Shown here one piece after another: positions 46,729-56,227 of a stretch of 64,000 nt of DNA. The notes below the pieces were generated by a model. That model was not told the DNA's origin. It made no database searches and saw only the letters and a program-made list of their open reading frames with translations. Source of the stretch: Bradymonadia bacterium (GTDB lineage Bacteria > Myxococcota_A > Bradymonadia > UBA7976 > UBA1532); NCBI GenBank assembly GCA_046290225.1, contig JBKAGE010000048.1:1-64000 (forward strand), written 5' to 3'. Each line of letters starts with the position of its first letter. The first letter of the stretch is position 1. A program made the position numbers and the translations under genes.

Positions 46729-47636
46729 GCACCCACGCTTCGCCCATGCCAGCCGATCGCCCTTCTACCTTCAAGGTGTGGTTGCTGGCGATTCGCCCAG
46801 CCACGCTGGTCGCTGGGGTGACGCCGGTCGTCGTGGGCACCGCCCTTGCCGCCGCCGTGGGTCGCATGCATCTGCTCGCCGCGCTGGCGGCGCTGCTTGG
46901 GGCGTTGCTGATTCAGATCGGCACCAACCTGTTCAACGACTATCAAGACTTCGCTCGGGGGGCCGACACTGAAGATCGCATGGGCCCCGCCCGGGCCACC
47001 CAACGGGGCTGGCTCACTGCGCGACAGGTGCTCCAGGGCACGCTGGTGGCCTTCGCCGCTGCGGTGCTCGTGGGGTGTTATCTGGTCTGGCACGGTGGCT
47101 GGCCCGTGGTGGCCATCGGGGTGGTGAGCGTACTCAGCGGCCTGGCCTACACTGGCGGTCCCATGCCCCTGGCCTACCATGGCCTCGGCGATCTCTTCGT
47201 GGTGGTCTTCTTCGGCGGTGTGGCGGTCTGCGGCACCTACTACGTGCAGGCCTTCGAGCTGAGCACCGGGGTGGTGCTGGCGTCACTCGCCGTCGGGCTC
47301 ATGGCCAACGCGATCCTGGTGGTGAACAACTTGCGGGATCGACCCACCGACATCGAAGCCAACAAGCGCACGCTGGTGGTGCGCTTCGGCGATCGATTCG
47401 GCCGCTTCGAGTACGCCGCCATGGTTTTTGGGGCGTATGGCCTGCTCGTGGCGGCCTGGGCGCTCGGCCATGGCGGGGCCGGCTGGTTGCTGCCGCTGGC
47501 TTCGTTGCCCCTCGGCGCGTTGTTGGTGAAGGTGGTCTGGGGGCTCGAAGGCAAGGCCCTCAACCCTCACCTGGGCACCTCGGGCCGACTGGGGTTGCTC
47601 TTCGGCGTGCTGCTCTCCGTGGGGGTGATGCTGTGA
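46725..47636 (+). CDS. menA: 1,4-dihydroxy-2-naphthoate polyprenyltransferase
   Basis: IRPATL, QIGTNLFNDYQDFARGAD, YTGGP.PLAY.GLGD, NNLRDRPTD...KRTLVV. Confidence 0.95.
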   Translation: MSTHASPMPADRPSTFKVWLLAIRPATLVAGVTPVVVGTALAAAVGRMHLLAALAALLGALLIQIGTNLFNDYQDFARGADTEDRMGPARATQRGWLTARQVLQGTLVAFAAAVLVGCYLVWHGGWPVVAIGVVSVLSGLAYTGGPMPLAYHGLGDLFVVVFFGGVAVCGTYYVQAFELSTGVVLASLAVGLMANAILVVNNLRDRPTDIEANKRTLVVRFGDRFGRFEYAAMVFGAYGLLVAAWALGHGGAGWLLPLASLPLGALLVKVVWGLEGKALNPHLGTSGRLGLLFGVLLSVGVML

Positions 47637-48691
47637 AGATCACCCGCATCGGACTCTGCCCCTATCGCGTACCCCTCGGCGCACCTGTGCGTGGCGTTGC
47701 CGAGCGCACTGGCTGGTGGATCGCCGTAGTGCTCGACGACGGCGCCATGGGCCTCGGTGATGTGGCGTGTTGGGCTGGGTTTGGCGCCGGTGAAGCCGAG
47801 GTGAAGGGCCAGCTGGAGTCCATCGGCAGACTACACGGTGCCTCGACGCCTGATTCGGTGCTTCAGCTCGACGCGTGGCTGGTGGCAGAGGGCTGGCTGC
47901 CCGAGGTGCGCCATGGGGTCTCCCTGGCATTGCTCGACGCCCTTGGCCGCAGCAGAGGTCTCTCCCTGGCCACTCTGCTCTGTGGTGCCCTCGGCGGCAT
48001 GCCAGAAGAGACGATCTGGCTGCACCGGCAGGTCTCCACCGCTACAGAGGCGACCGCGGCCATCGCCGATGGGGTGTCTGCTCTCAAAATCAAGGTGGCC
48101 CAGGGCGATCTCCACGATGACATGGCCCGGATCTCTGCCATCCGCGCCGCAGCGCCCAGCGCTTCTCTGCGCCTCGACGCCAATGGGCGCTGGCCCCTGG
48201 GTGAGGCGCCGCGCATCCTCAAAATGCTCGCGGACTTCGACATCGCCTGGGTCGAGCAGCCTGTGGCAGGCCTGAAGGATTTCCTGACCCTGGCAAAGCT
48301 CGATCCGCCCATCACCCTCGCCGCCGACGAGTGCATCACTGACGAGGCGGCGCTGCAGGCCGTGCTCGCGTACGACGCGGTGGAGACCGTGGTGCTCAAG
48401 CCCATGTTCCTCGGTGGGCCCGTGTCCACAGTGCGGATGGCGCGGATGGCCACCGAGGCCGGGCGGCAGGTGGTGATCACTCACGCTCTGGAGTCGGCTG
48501 TGGGCCGTGCTGGGGCGGTGCAGGCCGCTGCCGCTGTGGGTGAAGGGCTCAATTTCTGCGGCCTTGGCGCCATAGGCTCCGCCCCGATCAGCATTGCTGT
48601 GGATGATGCTCCGGGCCATGGCCTCGATCTCGGGGCCTTCACCAACGGGCACGATGGCGCCGGCTGGCGGTGGTGGGGGGCACGATCATGA
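47633..48691 (+). CDS. menC: o-succinylbenzoate synthase (enolase superfamily)
   Basis: GTG overlapping the menA stop; LKIKV, LRLDANGRW, WVEQP, AADE, VLKP. Confidence 0.88.
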   Translation: MKITRIGLCPYRVPLGAPVRGVAERTGWWIAVVLDDGAMGLGDVACWAGFGAGEAEVKGQLESIGRLHGASTPDSVLQLDAWLVAEGWLPEVRHGVSLALLDALGRSRGLSLATLLCGALGGMPEETIWLHRQVSTATEATAAIADGVSALKIKVAQGDLHDDMARISAIRAAAPSASLRLDANGRWPLGEAPRILKMLADFDIAWVEQPVAGLKDFLTLAKLDPPITLAADECITDEAALQAVLAYDAVETVVLKPMFLGGPVSTVRMARMATEAGRQVVITHALESAVGRAGAVQAAAAVGEGLNFCGLGAIGSAPISIAVDDAPGHGLDLGAFTNGHDGAGWRWWGARS

Positions 48692-50507
48692 CCTTCATCC
48701 CACACCCCATCGCCAGCGCGGCGAGAGGCTGCCCAGATGGCCTCGCGCTGGTGTGCCCCGACACCATGGAGCGTTTCAGCTGGCGTCAGATGGCCGATGC
48801 TGTCGCCCGAAGGGCAGGGGCCCTCGCCGCTGGTGGCGTAGAGGCGGGCCAGCATGTGGCCCTCGCCGGGGTCTGGACGAGCGGTTGGGTGATCACGTGT
48901 CACGCTCTGGGGTGGCTCGGCGCCACCGCGGTGCTCCTGCCACCTGACGATGCTGATCGTCTCAAGGCCCTCGAGGTCCTCGAGCCTGATCATGTCATCG
49001 ATGTGGACGATGCCCGCATCGAGGCTCTCGAGCTGGGCGTGCAACACCCCGAGCCGAGTTGGGGCTTCGAACAACCCCTGGTGGTGATCTTCACCTCAGG
49101 CAGCACTGGCCGGCCTCGGCCGGTGACCCTCACTGTGGGCCAGTGCTTCTTCGGCGCCATGGGGTCTGCTCTGCGGCTGGGGCATTTGCCCGGGGATCAG
49201 TGGCTGTGTTGTCTGCCGCTGCATCACATCGGCGGCCTCTCGATTCTGCTGCGGACCGCTTTCTACGGCACCACGACGGTCTTGCATCGGCGCTTCGACG
49301 CCCAGGCTGTGGCGGCGGCCCTTGATGGTGGTGAGATCACGCACATCTCGCTGGTGCCCGCCATGTTGCAGCGGGTGCTCGATGCTCGCCCGGCACAGCC
49401 GCTCCCTCAGGGCCTGCGGGCGATCCTGCTCGGCGGCGCCGCGGCGCCGGCATCGCTGCTCAAGCAGGCCCAGGCCCTCGGCGCCCCTGTGTCCACCACG
49501 TGGGGCATGACCGAGTCCGCGGCCCAGGTGGCCACGAGCGCCCCCGGTGAGATCGTCATCGGCGAGGTGGGTCCGCCGCTGCCCTTCGCGGTGATCTCCG
49601 AGGTCACCGAAGGGCCCGACAGCGGAGCGCTGCAGATTCATGGCCCTGCTGTGGCCGGGGGCCACCTCGTCACCGGCGATCGTGGCCACGTCACGGCTGA
49701 GGGTCGCGTCGTGGTGCACGGGCGCCGCGACGGCGTGATCATCAGCGGTGGAGAGAACATCGATCCGGTGGAGATCGAGCAGCGCCTGCTCGCGCACACT
49801 CACGTTGCCGAGGCCGTCGTGGTTCCCGTAGCGAGTGCGCAGTGGGGCCAACGTCCTGGGGCGCTGCTGGTCCCTGCCGAGGGGGTCGAGGACACAGAGC
49901 TGCCGACGACCGATGCGCTGAGGGCCTGGTGTCGAGAGCTGCTGCCGGGCTTCAAGGTGCCCGATCGCTTCCTCTGGCACCACGAGCCCCCTCGGAGTGC
50001 GCTGGGCAAGCCGCTACGCCCCGCCATCGTCGGGCTCTTGCAGGCCCTCGATGAGGCCCAGGCGACGGAAGCCGTCGAGCAGGAACTCCGGGAGCGGCCG
50101 GGACTTGAAGGCCGCCATGTCGATGGCCACGTGCACCACCTTCACCGTGGCGTGGGGGGTGCCGTCGGGGCCACGGACGTCGTAGTCCAGCGTGAAGGTA
50201 CGCTCAGTGAGAGCGCTCACGGTGAGGGCGATGTGCAGGGGTTGCCCCATGCGCATGGGCTTCTTGTAGTCGGCGCTGGTGTGCACCACCGGGGTGCCGA
50301 AGCCCAGATCATCGAAGGCGGTGATCAGGCCCTTGCCCTCGGTGAGGGCGGCCCAGAGCTCTTCGTAGACCACATGACAGTATTCGAACACACGCCCGAA
50401 AAAGGCGATGCCCGCTCGGTCCACTTCGTGGAATCGGGGGGTGATCACCCGCTCGAAAGCAGCGGGGGGGGTGGCGCTCATCGGCGTTTACCTCCAGGGG
50501 ACGAAAG

Positions 50508-50511
<4 letters not shown>
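48688..50511 (+). CDS. menE: o-succinylbenzoate-CoA ligase with a ~150-codon C-terminal run-on over an antisense gene
   Basis: FTSGSTGRPR, LPLHHIGG, TWGMTE, TGDRG, GRRDGVIISGGENIDP, KVP...PRSALGK. The domain ends near 50050 but the first in-frame stop is at 50509-50511. Confidence 0.88.
50014..50481 (-). CDS. Hotdog-fold acyl-CoA thioesterase (4HBT/YbgC type), candidate DHNA-CoA thioesterase (MenI function)
   Basis: PRFHEVDRAGIAFFGRVFEYCH...PVVHTSADYKKPMRMG; strong GGAGGT RBS 9 nt before the ATG; antisense within the menE ORF. Confidence 0.85.
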   Translation of the reverse strand: MSATPPAAFERVITPRFHEVDRAGIAFFGRVFEYCHVVYEELWAALTEGKGLITAFDDLGFGTPVVHTSADYKKPMRMGQPLHIALTVSALTERTFTLDYDVRGPDGTPHATVKVVHVAIDMAAFKSRPLPEFLLDGFRRLGLIEGLQEPDDGGA

Positions 50512-51623
<1,112 letters not shown>

Positions 51624-51638
51624 GAAGGAGGCCCTGTC

Positions 51639-52664
51639 ATGTTGATCGTGCTCAATGATGGCGCCGATCTGAAGCGGGTACAGAAGAAGCTCACGGTCAT
51701 GGGCCTCTGGACCCAGCCCCTCGCTGGGGTAAAGGGCCAGCACGCGCTCACCGTGGGCGCCCACAGCCCCTCTGTCTCCATCGACGCCATCCGCGCCGTT
51801 GATGGCGTGGCGGATGTGTTGATGCCTCCGAGCGCCCACCCCAAGGTGGACGCCTGTGCCGGCACCTCTGTCACCGTGGCAGGCGTGTCCTTCGGCGTCG
51901 ACTCGGCCCCGGTGCTCATCGCCGGCCCGTGCAGCGTCGAGTCTGAGGAGACTGCTCACCGCGCTGCCGAGATCGCCGCCGCCCGGGGTGCCCGCCTGAT
52001 GCGGGGGGGTGCCTTCAAGCCTCGGACCTCGCCTTACAGCTACACCGGCCACGGTCGTGAGGCCCTGCGCTGGATGCGCGACGCCGCCGACGCCCACGGC
52101 CTCGGCGTGGTCACCGAGGTCATGAGCGAGGCCGAAGCCGAAGCCGTAGGCGAGCTCGCCGACGTGTTGCAGATCGGCAGCCGGAACATGCAGAACTTCG
52201 CCCTGCTTAAGCGGGTGGGACGTCTGGGCATGCCGGTGCTGCTCAAGCGGGGCATGAGCGCCCGCACTGAGGAGTGGCTGCTCGCCGGAGAGCATCTGCT
52301 CGATGCCGGCGCGTCAGGCGTCATCTACTGCGAGCGCGGGGTGCACGGCTTCGATGCGGCCACCCGCTACATGCTCGATCTCGGCGCCGTGGCGCTGCTG
52401 AGCCACGTGCATCGCCTGCCGGTCATCGTCGACCCGTCTCACGGCACCGGCCGTCGCGATCTGATCCGACCCATGAGCCGGGCCGCCCGGGCCTCTGGCG
52501 CCTGTGGCCTCATCGTCGAGGTGCACCCCGACGTCGAGCAGGCCCGCTCCGACGGCCCCCAGGCCCTTACCCCTGAGGAGCTGACCCACGTGGCCGCCGA
52601 TCTCGGCGTGCTGCCCACCAGCCGCACCAGCGAGGCCCATTGGCCTCAGGAGGCTCACCGATGA
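51639..52664 (+). CDS. aroF: DAHP synthase, type I-beta with N-terminal regulatory domain
   Basis: IAGPCSVES, RGGAFKPRTSPYSY.G, QIGSRNMQN, LLKRG, CERG, VDPSH, EVHP...SDG; AGGAGG RBS. Confidence 0.92.
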   Translation: MLIVLNDGADLKRVQKKLTVMGLWTQPLAGVKGQHALTVGAHSPSVSIDAIRAVDGVADVLMPPSAHPKVDACAGTSVTVAGVSFGVDSAPVLIAGPCSVESEETAHRAAEIAAARGARLMRGGAFKPRTSPYSYTGHGREALRWMRDAADAHGLGVVTEVMSEAEAEAVGELADVLQIGSRNMQNFALLKRVGRLGMPVLLKRGMSARTEEWLLAGEHLLDAGASGVIYCERGVHGFDAATRYMLDLGAVALLSHVHRLPVIVDPSHGTGRRDLIRPMSRAARASGACGLIVEVHPDVEQARSDGPQALTPEELTHVAADLGVLPTSRTSEAHWPQEAHR

Positions 52665-53416
52665 GCGCTGCCGCCAACCAAGCTGCAACTGACCAGAACC
52701 TCTCCGGGGCACCCCGCGACGGCAGCGGCGAGATGTTCGACCGCATCGCCGACAAGTACGACCGCCTGAACCGCGTGATCAGCCTCGGCATGGACCGCGG
52801 CTGGCGCAAGAAGCTGGTCCGGGCGCTTCAGCCCGACGGCGCCGCGGTGAACCGCGTGCTCGACGTGGCCACAGGGACCGCCGACGTGGCCCTCGACATC
52901 GCCGACGCCTACCCCGAAGCCCACGTCGTGGGCCTTGATCCCAGCGTGGGCATGCTCGACGTGGGGCACCGCAAGGTGGCAAAGCACTTCGCCGACGCCG
53001 AGCCTCGTGTCGAGCTGGTGGTGGGCGACGGGCAGGATCTGCCCTTCGAAGACGATCACTTCGACGCGAGCTGCATCAGCTTCGGCATCCGCAACGTGCC
53101 CGACCGGGCCAAGGGACTCTCTGAAATGGCCCGGGTGACCCGCCACGGTGGCCGCGTGGTGGTCCTCGAGCTGAGCGAGCCCGAAGGTGCGGGCCCCATG
53201 GCCCTGGGCGCCCGGTTCCACATCCACGTGACGATGCCCATGCTGGGCCGCCTGTTGTCGAGCGCCCACGAGTACCGCTACTTGCAACAGTCGGTGTCGG
53301 CGTTCCCACCGGCTCCGGAGTTCGCCGAGATGATGCGCGACGCCGGCATCGAGGTCCGGGCGGTGAAGCCGCTGGCTTTTGGCGCGGCGTATCTTTACGT
53401 GGGCATCAGCCGCTGA
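52661..53416 (+). CDS. menG: Demethylmenaquinone methyltransferase UbiE/MenG
   Basis: MFDRIADKYDRLNRVISLGMDRGWR, LDVATGTAD, SFGIRNV, YRYLQQSV. Confidence 0.93.
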   Translation: MSAAANQAATDQNLSGAPRDGSGEMFDRIADKYDRLNRVISLGMDRGWRKKLVRALQPDGAAVNRVLDVATGTADVALDIADAYPEAHVVGLDPSVGMLDVGHRKVAKHFADAEPRVELVVGDGQDLPFEDDHFDASCISFGIRNVPDRAKGLSEMARVTRHGGRVVVLELSEPEGAGPMALGARFHIHVTMPMLGRLLSSAHEYRYLQQSVSAFPPAPEFAEMMRDAGIEVRAVKPLAFGAAYLYVGISR

Positions 53417-53514
53417 TCTTCAAGCGCGGTCACCTCGCCCAGCTTTAAGACCTCTTAAGGTGAGCGTAAGCCCTGTGGTGTGCACCCTGATGATCGAGTC
53501 ATCAAGGAGACACC

Positions 53515-55605
53515 ATGCGCCAGACCCTCTCAGTGCTCGTCGCCACATGCCTGCTCACCACCGGGTGCATCTCTCGCGAGGTCGCCAGCGAGTTCGAAGA
53601 GGCAGACAACCCTGGTGTCGAAACGCCAGCAGGTGGAGCCGTTGGGCCTGCAAAGACACCAGGCACGCCACCAGAAGAGGTCGGTGCCCCGAGTGCAGGG
53701 CCTGAGGCGCCTCGAGCCCCTGATGGCCAGGGGTCCGAAATCGAAGATCCTGAGGTGGAGCCCCCCGAAACGCCCGCTGAGGAGGCTGACTGCTCTGAGG
53801 TGGACATCAACACTCTCGCTGATGCTGTGGTGCTCGGCGACCGGCTGCTCTACTCCGATCGAAATGGTGCGGTGTACATCGCCCGGTGGTCCGAAGGCGC
53901 CTTCAGAGCACCAGTGCTGCAGCAGTCGCTTGATCACCACCACGCCGATGTGGCCATGCACCGTGGTTTCTTCGAACTGCACCCCACCAACGTAGAGGGC
54001 ACTCGAGCCATTCGTTTGCTCACCGGCGAGGCCCAAGAGCAGGTGGCGGTGGAGTGGCTCGATCTGCCCGAGCAGGGCCAGGCCTCAGTGTTGAGCAGCA
54101 CGGTGCTCCCCGGCCAGATCGCAGCGGTACATCAAGGCATGGTGTATCTCTGCAACTGGGGAGAGCTGACGCGATTCGATGTCGCCGCCGGTGAGCGAGA
54201 GGACTGGGGATCACATCGCATGTGCGAAGGTGATGGGGTAGCCCCTGGGCAGGCCTACGCGGTCTCCTGGACCCATCAGCAAGGCAACCACATCCCGTCC
54301 TTTCAGGTCTGGGGGTTCGATGCCGGCTGGCCATACAACCGTCGGGACTTCGGCTTCAACCCCAGCGGGGTCCACCGCTATGGTGACATCGTCAGCGCCG
54401 CCGTCAGCGAGAGCCGGTTGGTGGTGGACACCCAGAGCGACACGTACTCGTGGGTGCTCGAGTTGACTCCAAATGAGGCCATCATCAACGCCCCAGCCAT
54501 GCCTTTGAGCGGTGACGAGGTGTTGCTCGGGGTGGAGCGGCAGCTGGCTTTCTATGCCGACGGAGCCGACCTGATCGCCATCGATCTCGCCGAGCCCGCT
54601 CAGCCTGCGCGTCTCTCGAATGTATGGCCGCTCGGCGGCAGCGAGAGCGAGTGGGCGCACACCCCAGAGGTGCTCTTCTCCAACGCTGAGTGGCTCATTT
54701 ATCGTGATTGGTCATCGCGTCTTCACATTCGACGTATGGCAGGTGGCGGTGATGTGAGCATTCTGGAGTGTGGGGACACTGCGAGTATGGGCGCCGCGTG
54801 CTCAGGTGACGATGCGCGCTGTGATGACTGGGACAACGACTGCGATGGTCTCACAGACGAGGGCGTGCACTACTGTGGCCTGGTCATGCCCAATGGAGAC
54901 GAGATCGACATGGTCGCCATCGCCGGTGGCCGCTTCTGGATGGGCTCTGATACGGGGGAGGAACACGAGGGACCAGCGCGTCAGGTGAGCGTGCAGGGGT
55001 TTTGTATGGGCCGTAGTGAGGTGACCATCGGTCAATACCGCGCCTGCGTTGAGGCGGGGGTGTGTCGTGCCATCGACACCGCCTGGGGGCGTTGTACTGC
55101 AGATAGAGGGCCCCAGACCGAAGATGCCCCGAGAGATTGTGTGTCGTGGGCAGACGCCAACACCTTCGCCGAGTGGGTGGGGGCGAGGCTGCCCACCGAG
55201 GCCGAATGGGAGTATGCCGCCCGGAGTCAGGGGGCAGACCGAATCTACCCCTGGGGTAACGCAGAGCCGAGCTGCGCGCGGGTCGTGATGAGCAGCGTCA
55301 ACGAGCCTGAGTGTGGCATCAACCCCGTACGCTCAGTGTGTAGCATGCCCGATGGGCACACCGAGCAAGGACTGTGTGATATGGCCGGTGGCCTGTCGGA
55401 GTGGGTCGCAGACGTCTTCGGTCCCTATGAAGATGCGCCGAGAGATGGCAGCGCACGCACGGGCTCGGGCGGCGAGAAGGTCATCCGCGGCGGCAGCAGA
55501 AATCACTCGGGACACTCACCCGAGCTGCGGACCACGAGCCGGCGCTCGGTACAGCCGGAAGAGGCAAACAACCGATTGGGTTTTCGGCTGGCCATTGGGC
55601 TCTGA
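53515..55605 (+). CDS. Lipoprotein with C-terminal formylglycine-generating-enzyme (FGE-sulfatase) domain
   Basis: Lipobox TTG-C; CDDWDNDCDGLTDEG; FWMGS, EVTIGQY, VSWADA, RLPTEAEWEYAAR, YPWG, DMAGGLSEW, RGGS, GFRL. Confidence 0.88.
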   Translation: MRQTLSVLVATCLLTTGCISREVASEFEEADNPGVETPAGGAVGPAKTPGTPPEEVGAPSAGPEAPRAPDGQGSEIEDPEVEPPETPAEEADCSEVDINTLADAVVLGDRLLYSDRNGAVYIARWSEGAFRAPVLQQSLDHHHADVAMHRGFFELHPTNVEGTRAIRLLTGEAQEQVAVEWLDLPEQGQASVLSSTVLPGQIAAVHQGMVYLCNWGELTRFDVAAGEREDWGSHRMCEGDGVAPGQAYAVSWTHQQGNHIPSFQVWGFDAGWPYNRRDFGFNPSGVHRYGDIVSAAVSESRLVVDTQSDTYSWVLELTPNEAIINAPAMPLSGDEVLLGVERQLAFYADGADLIAIDLAEPAQPARLSNVWPLGGSESEWAHTPEVLFSNAEWLIYRDWSSRLHIRRMAGGGDVSILECGDTASMGAACSGDDARCDDWDNDCDGLTDEGVHYCGLVMPNGDEIDMVAIAGGRFWMGSDTGEEHEGPARQVSVQGFCMGRSEVTIGQYRACVEAGVCRAIDTAWGRCTADRGPQTEDAPRDCVSWADANTFAEWVGARLPTEAEWEYAARSQGADRIYPWGNAEPSCARVVMSSVNEPECGINPVRSVCSMPDGHTEQGLCDMAGGLSEWVADVFGPYEDAPRDGSARTGSGGEKVIRGGSRNHSGHSPELRTTSRRSVQPEEANNRLGFRLAIGL

Positions 55606-55787
55606 GCATATGGTGCGGTGACGTCCGACGCATGCACGAAGAGCCATGCTCAAAAAACGCACGTCGTGTGAATAAACCGCCCTGAAAACCGAACATGTCA
55701 CCTGCAAATGGCGGGGTGTCGCGCTCACTTGACACTTTCCCTGCTTCAACGCTGAAAAATCCCTACACATGCGTCTCCGAGGGAAGT

Positions 55788-55803
55788 TGGCACGGTCGCT
55801 GCT
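55788..55803 (+). promoter_or_regulatory. Candidate sigma54 (-24/-12) promoter
   Basis: TGGCACG-GTCG-CTGCT has the exact GG/GC spacing of TGGCACG-N4-TTGC; 46 bp upstream of ORF 55850; A-rich tracts further upstream. Confidence 0.6.
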
Positions 55804-55849
55804 CTAGTGTCTGAGTGTCTGACCGAACCCAAACCAAGGAGACGATGCG

Positions 55850-56227
55850 ATGTCCTTCAACACTTTCATCATCAAGAGCCTCTTCGCCCTCACCTTCGCT
55901 TTCGGCGCCACCGCCGCCGTCAGCGTCGCCGCCCCCAGCGAGGCTGAAGCGGCTCCCCGCCATCAGGTAAAAGCCCGGGCCAAAGTGAAGGCCCGCCAGC
56001 ACAACCAGAAACGTCGAGTGAAGAAGGGCGTGCGCAAGGGCCAAATCACCAAGGGGGAGGCCCGGGCCCTCAAGGCGGAGCAGCGGCACATCCGCCGGAG
56101 CAAGCGGCGCATGCTCAAAGACGACGGCCGGCTCGATCGGCAGGAGCGTCAGGCGCTGAACCGGAAGCAGAACCGGGCCAGCCGTCACGTGCACCGCGCC
56201 CGCCACAATCAGCGAACCGCCAACTGA
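55850..56227 (+). CDS. Small, very basic secreted protein
   Basis: AAGGAG RBS; signal peptide; Arg/Lys-rich repeats GQITKGEARAL...DGRLDRQERQAL. Confidence 0.8.
   Translation: MSFNTFIIKSLFALTFAFGATAAVSVAAPSEAEAAPRHQVKARAKVKARQHNQKRRVKKGVRKGQITKGEARALKAEQRHIRRSKRRMLKDDGRLDRQERQALNRKQNRASRHVHRARHNQRTAN

Noticed and set aside
55400..55605. Diversity-generating retroelement target (FGE/C-type lectin-fold C-terminus)
   Set aside because: No second near-identical template repeat and no reverse transcriptase seen in the window.
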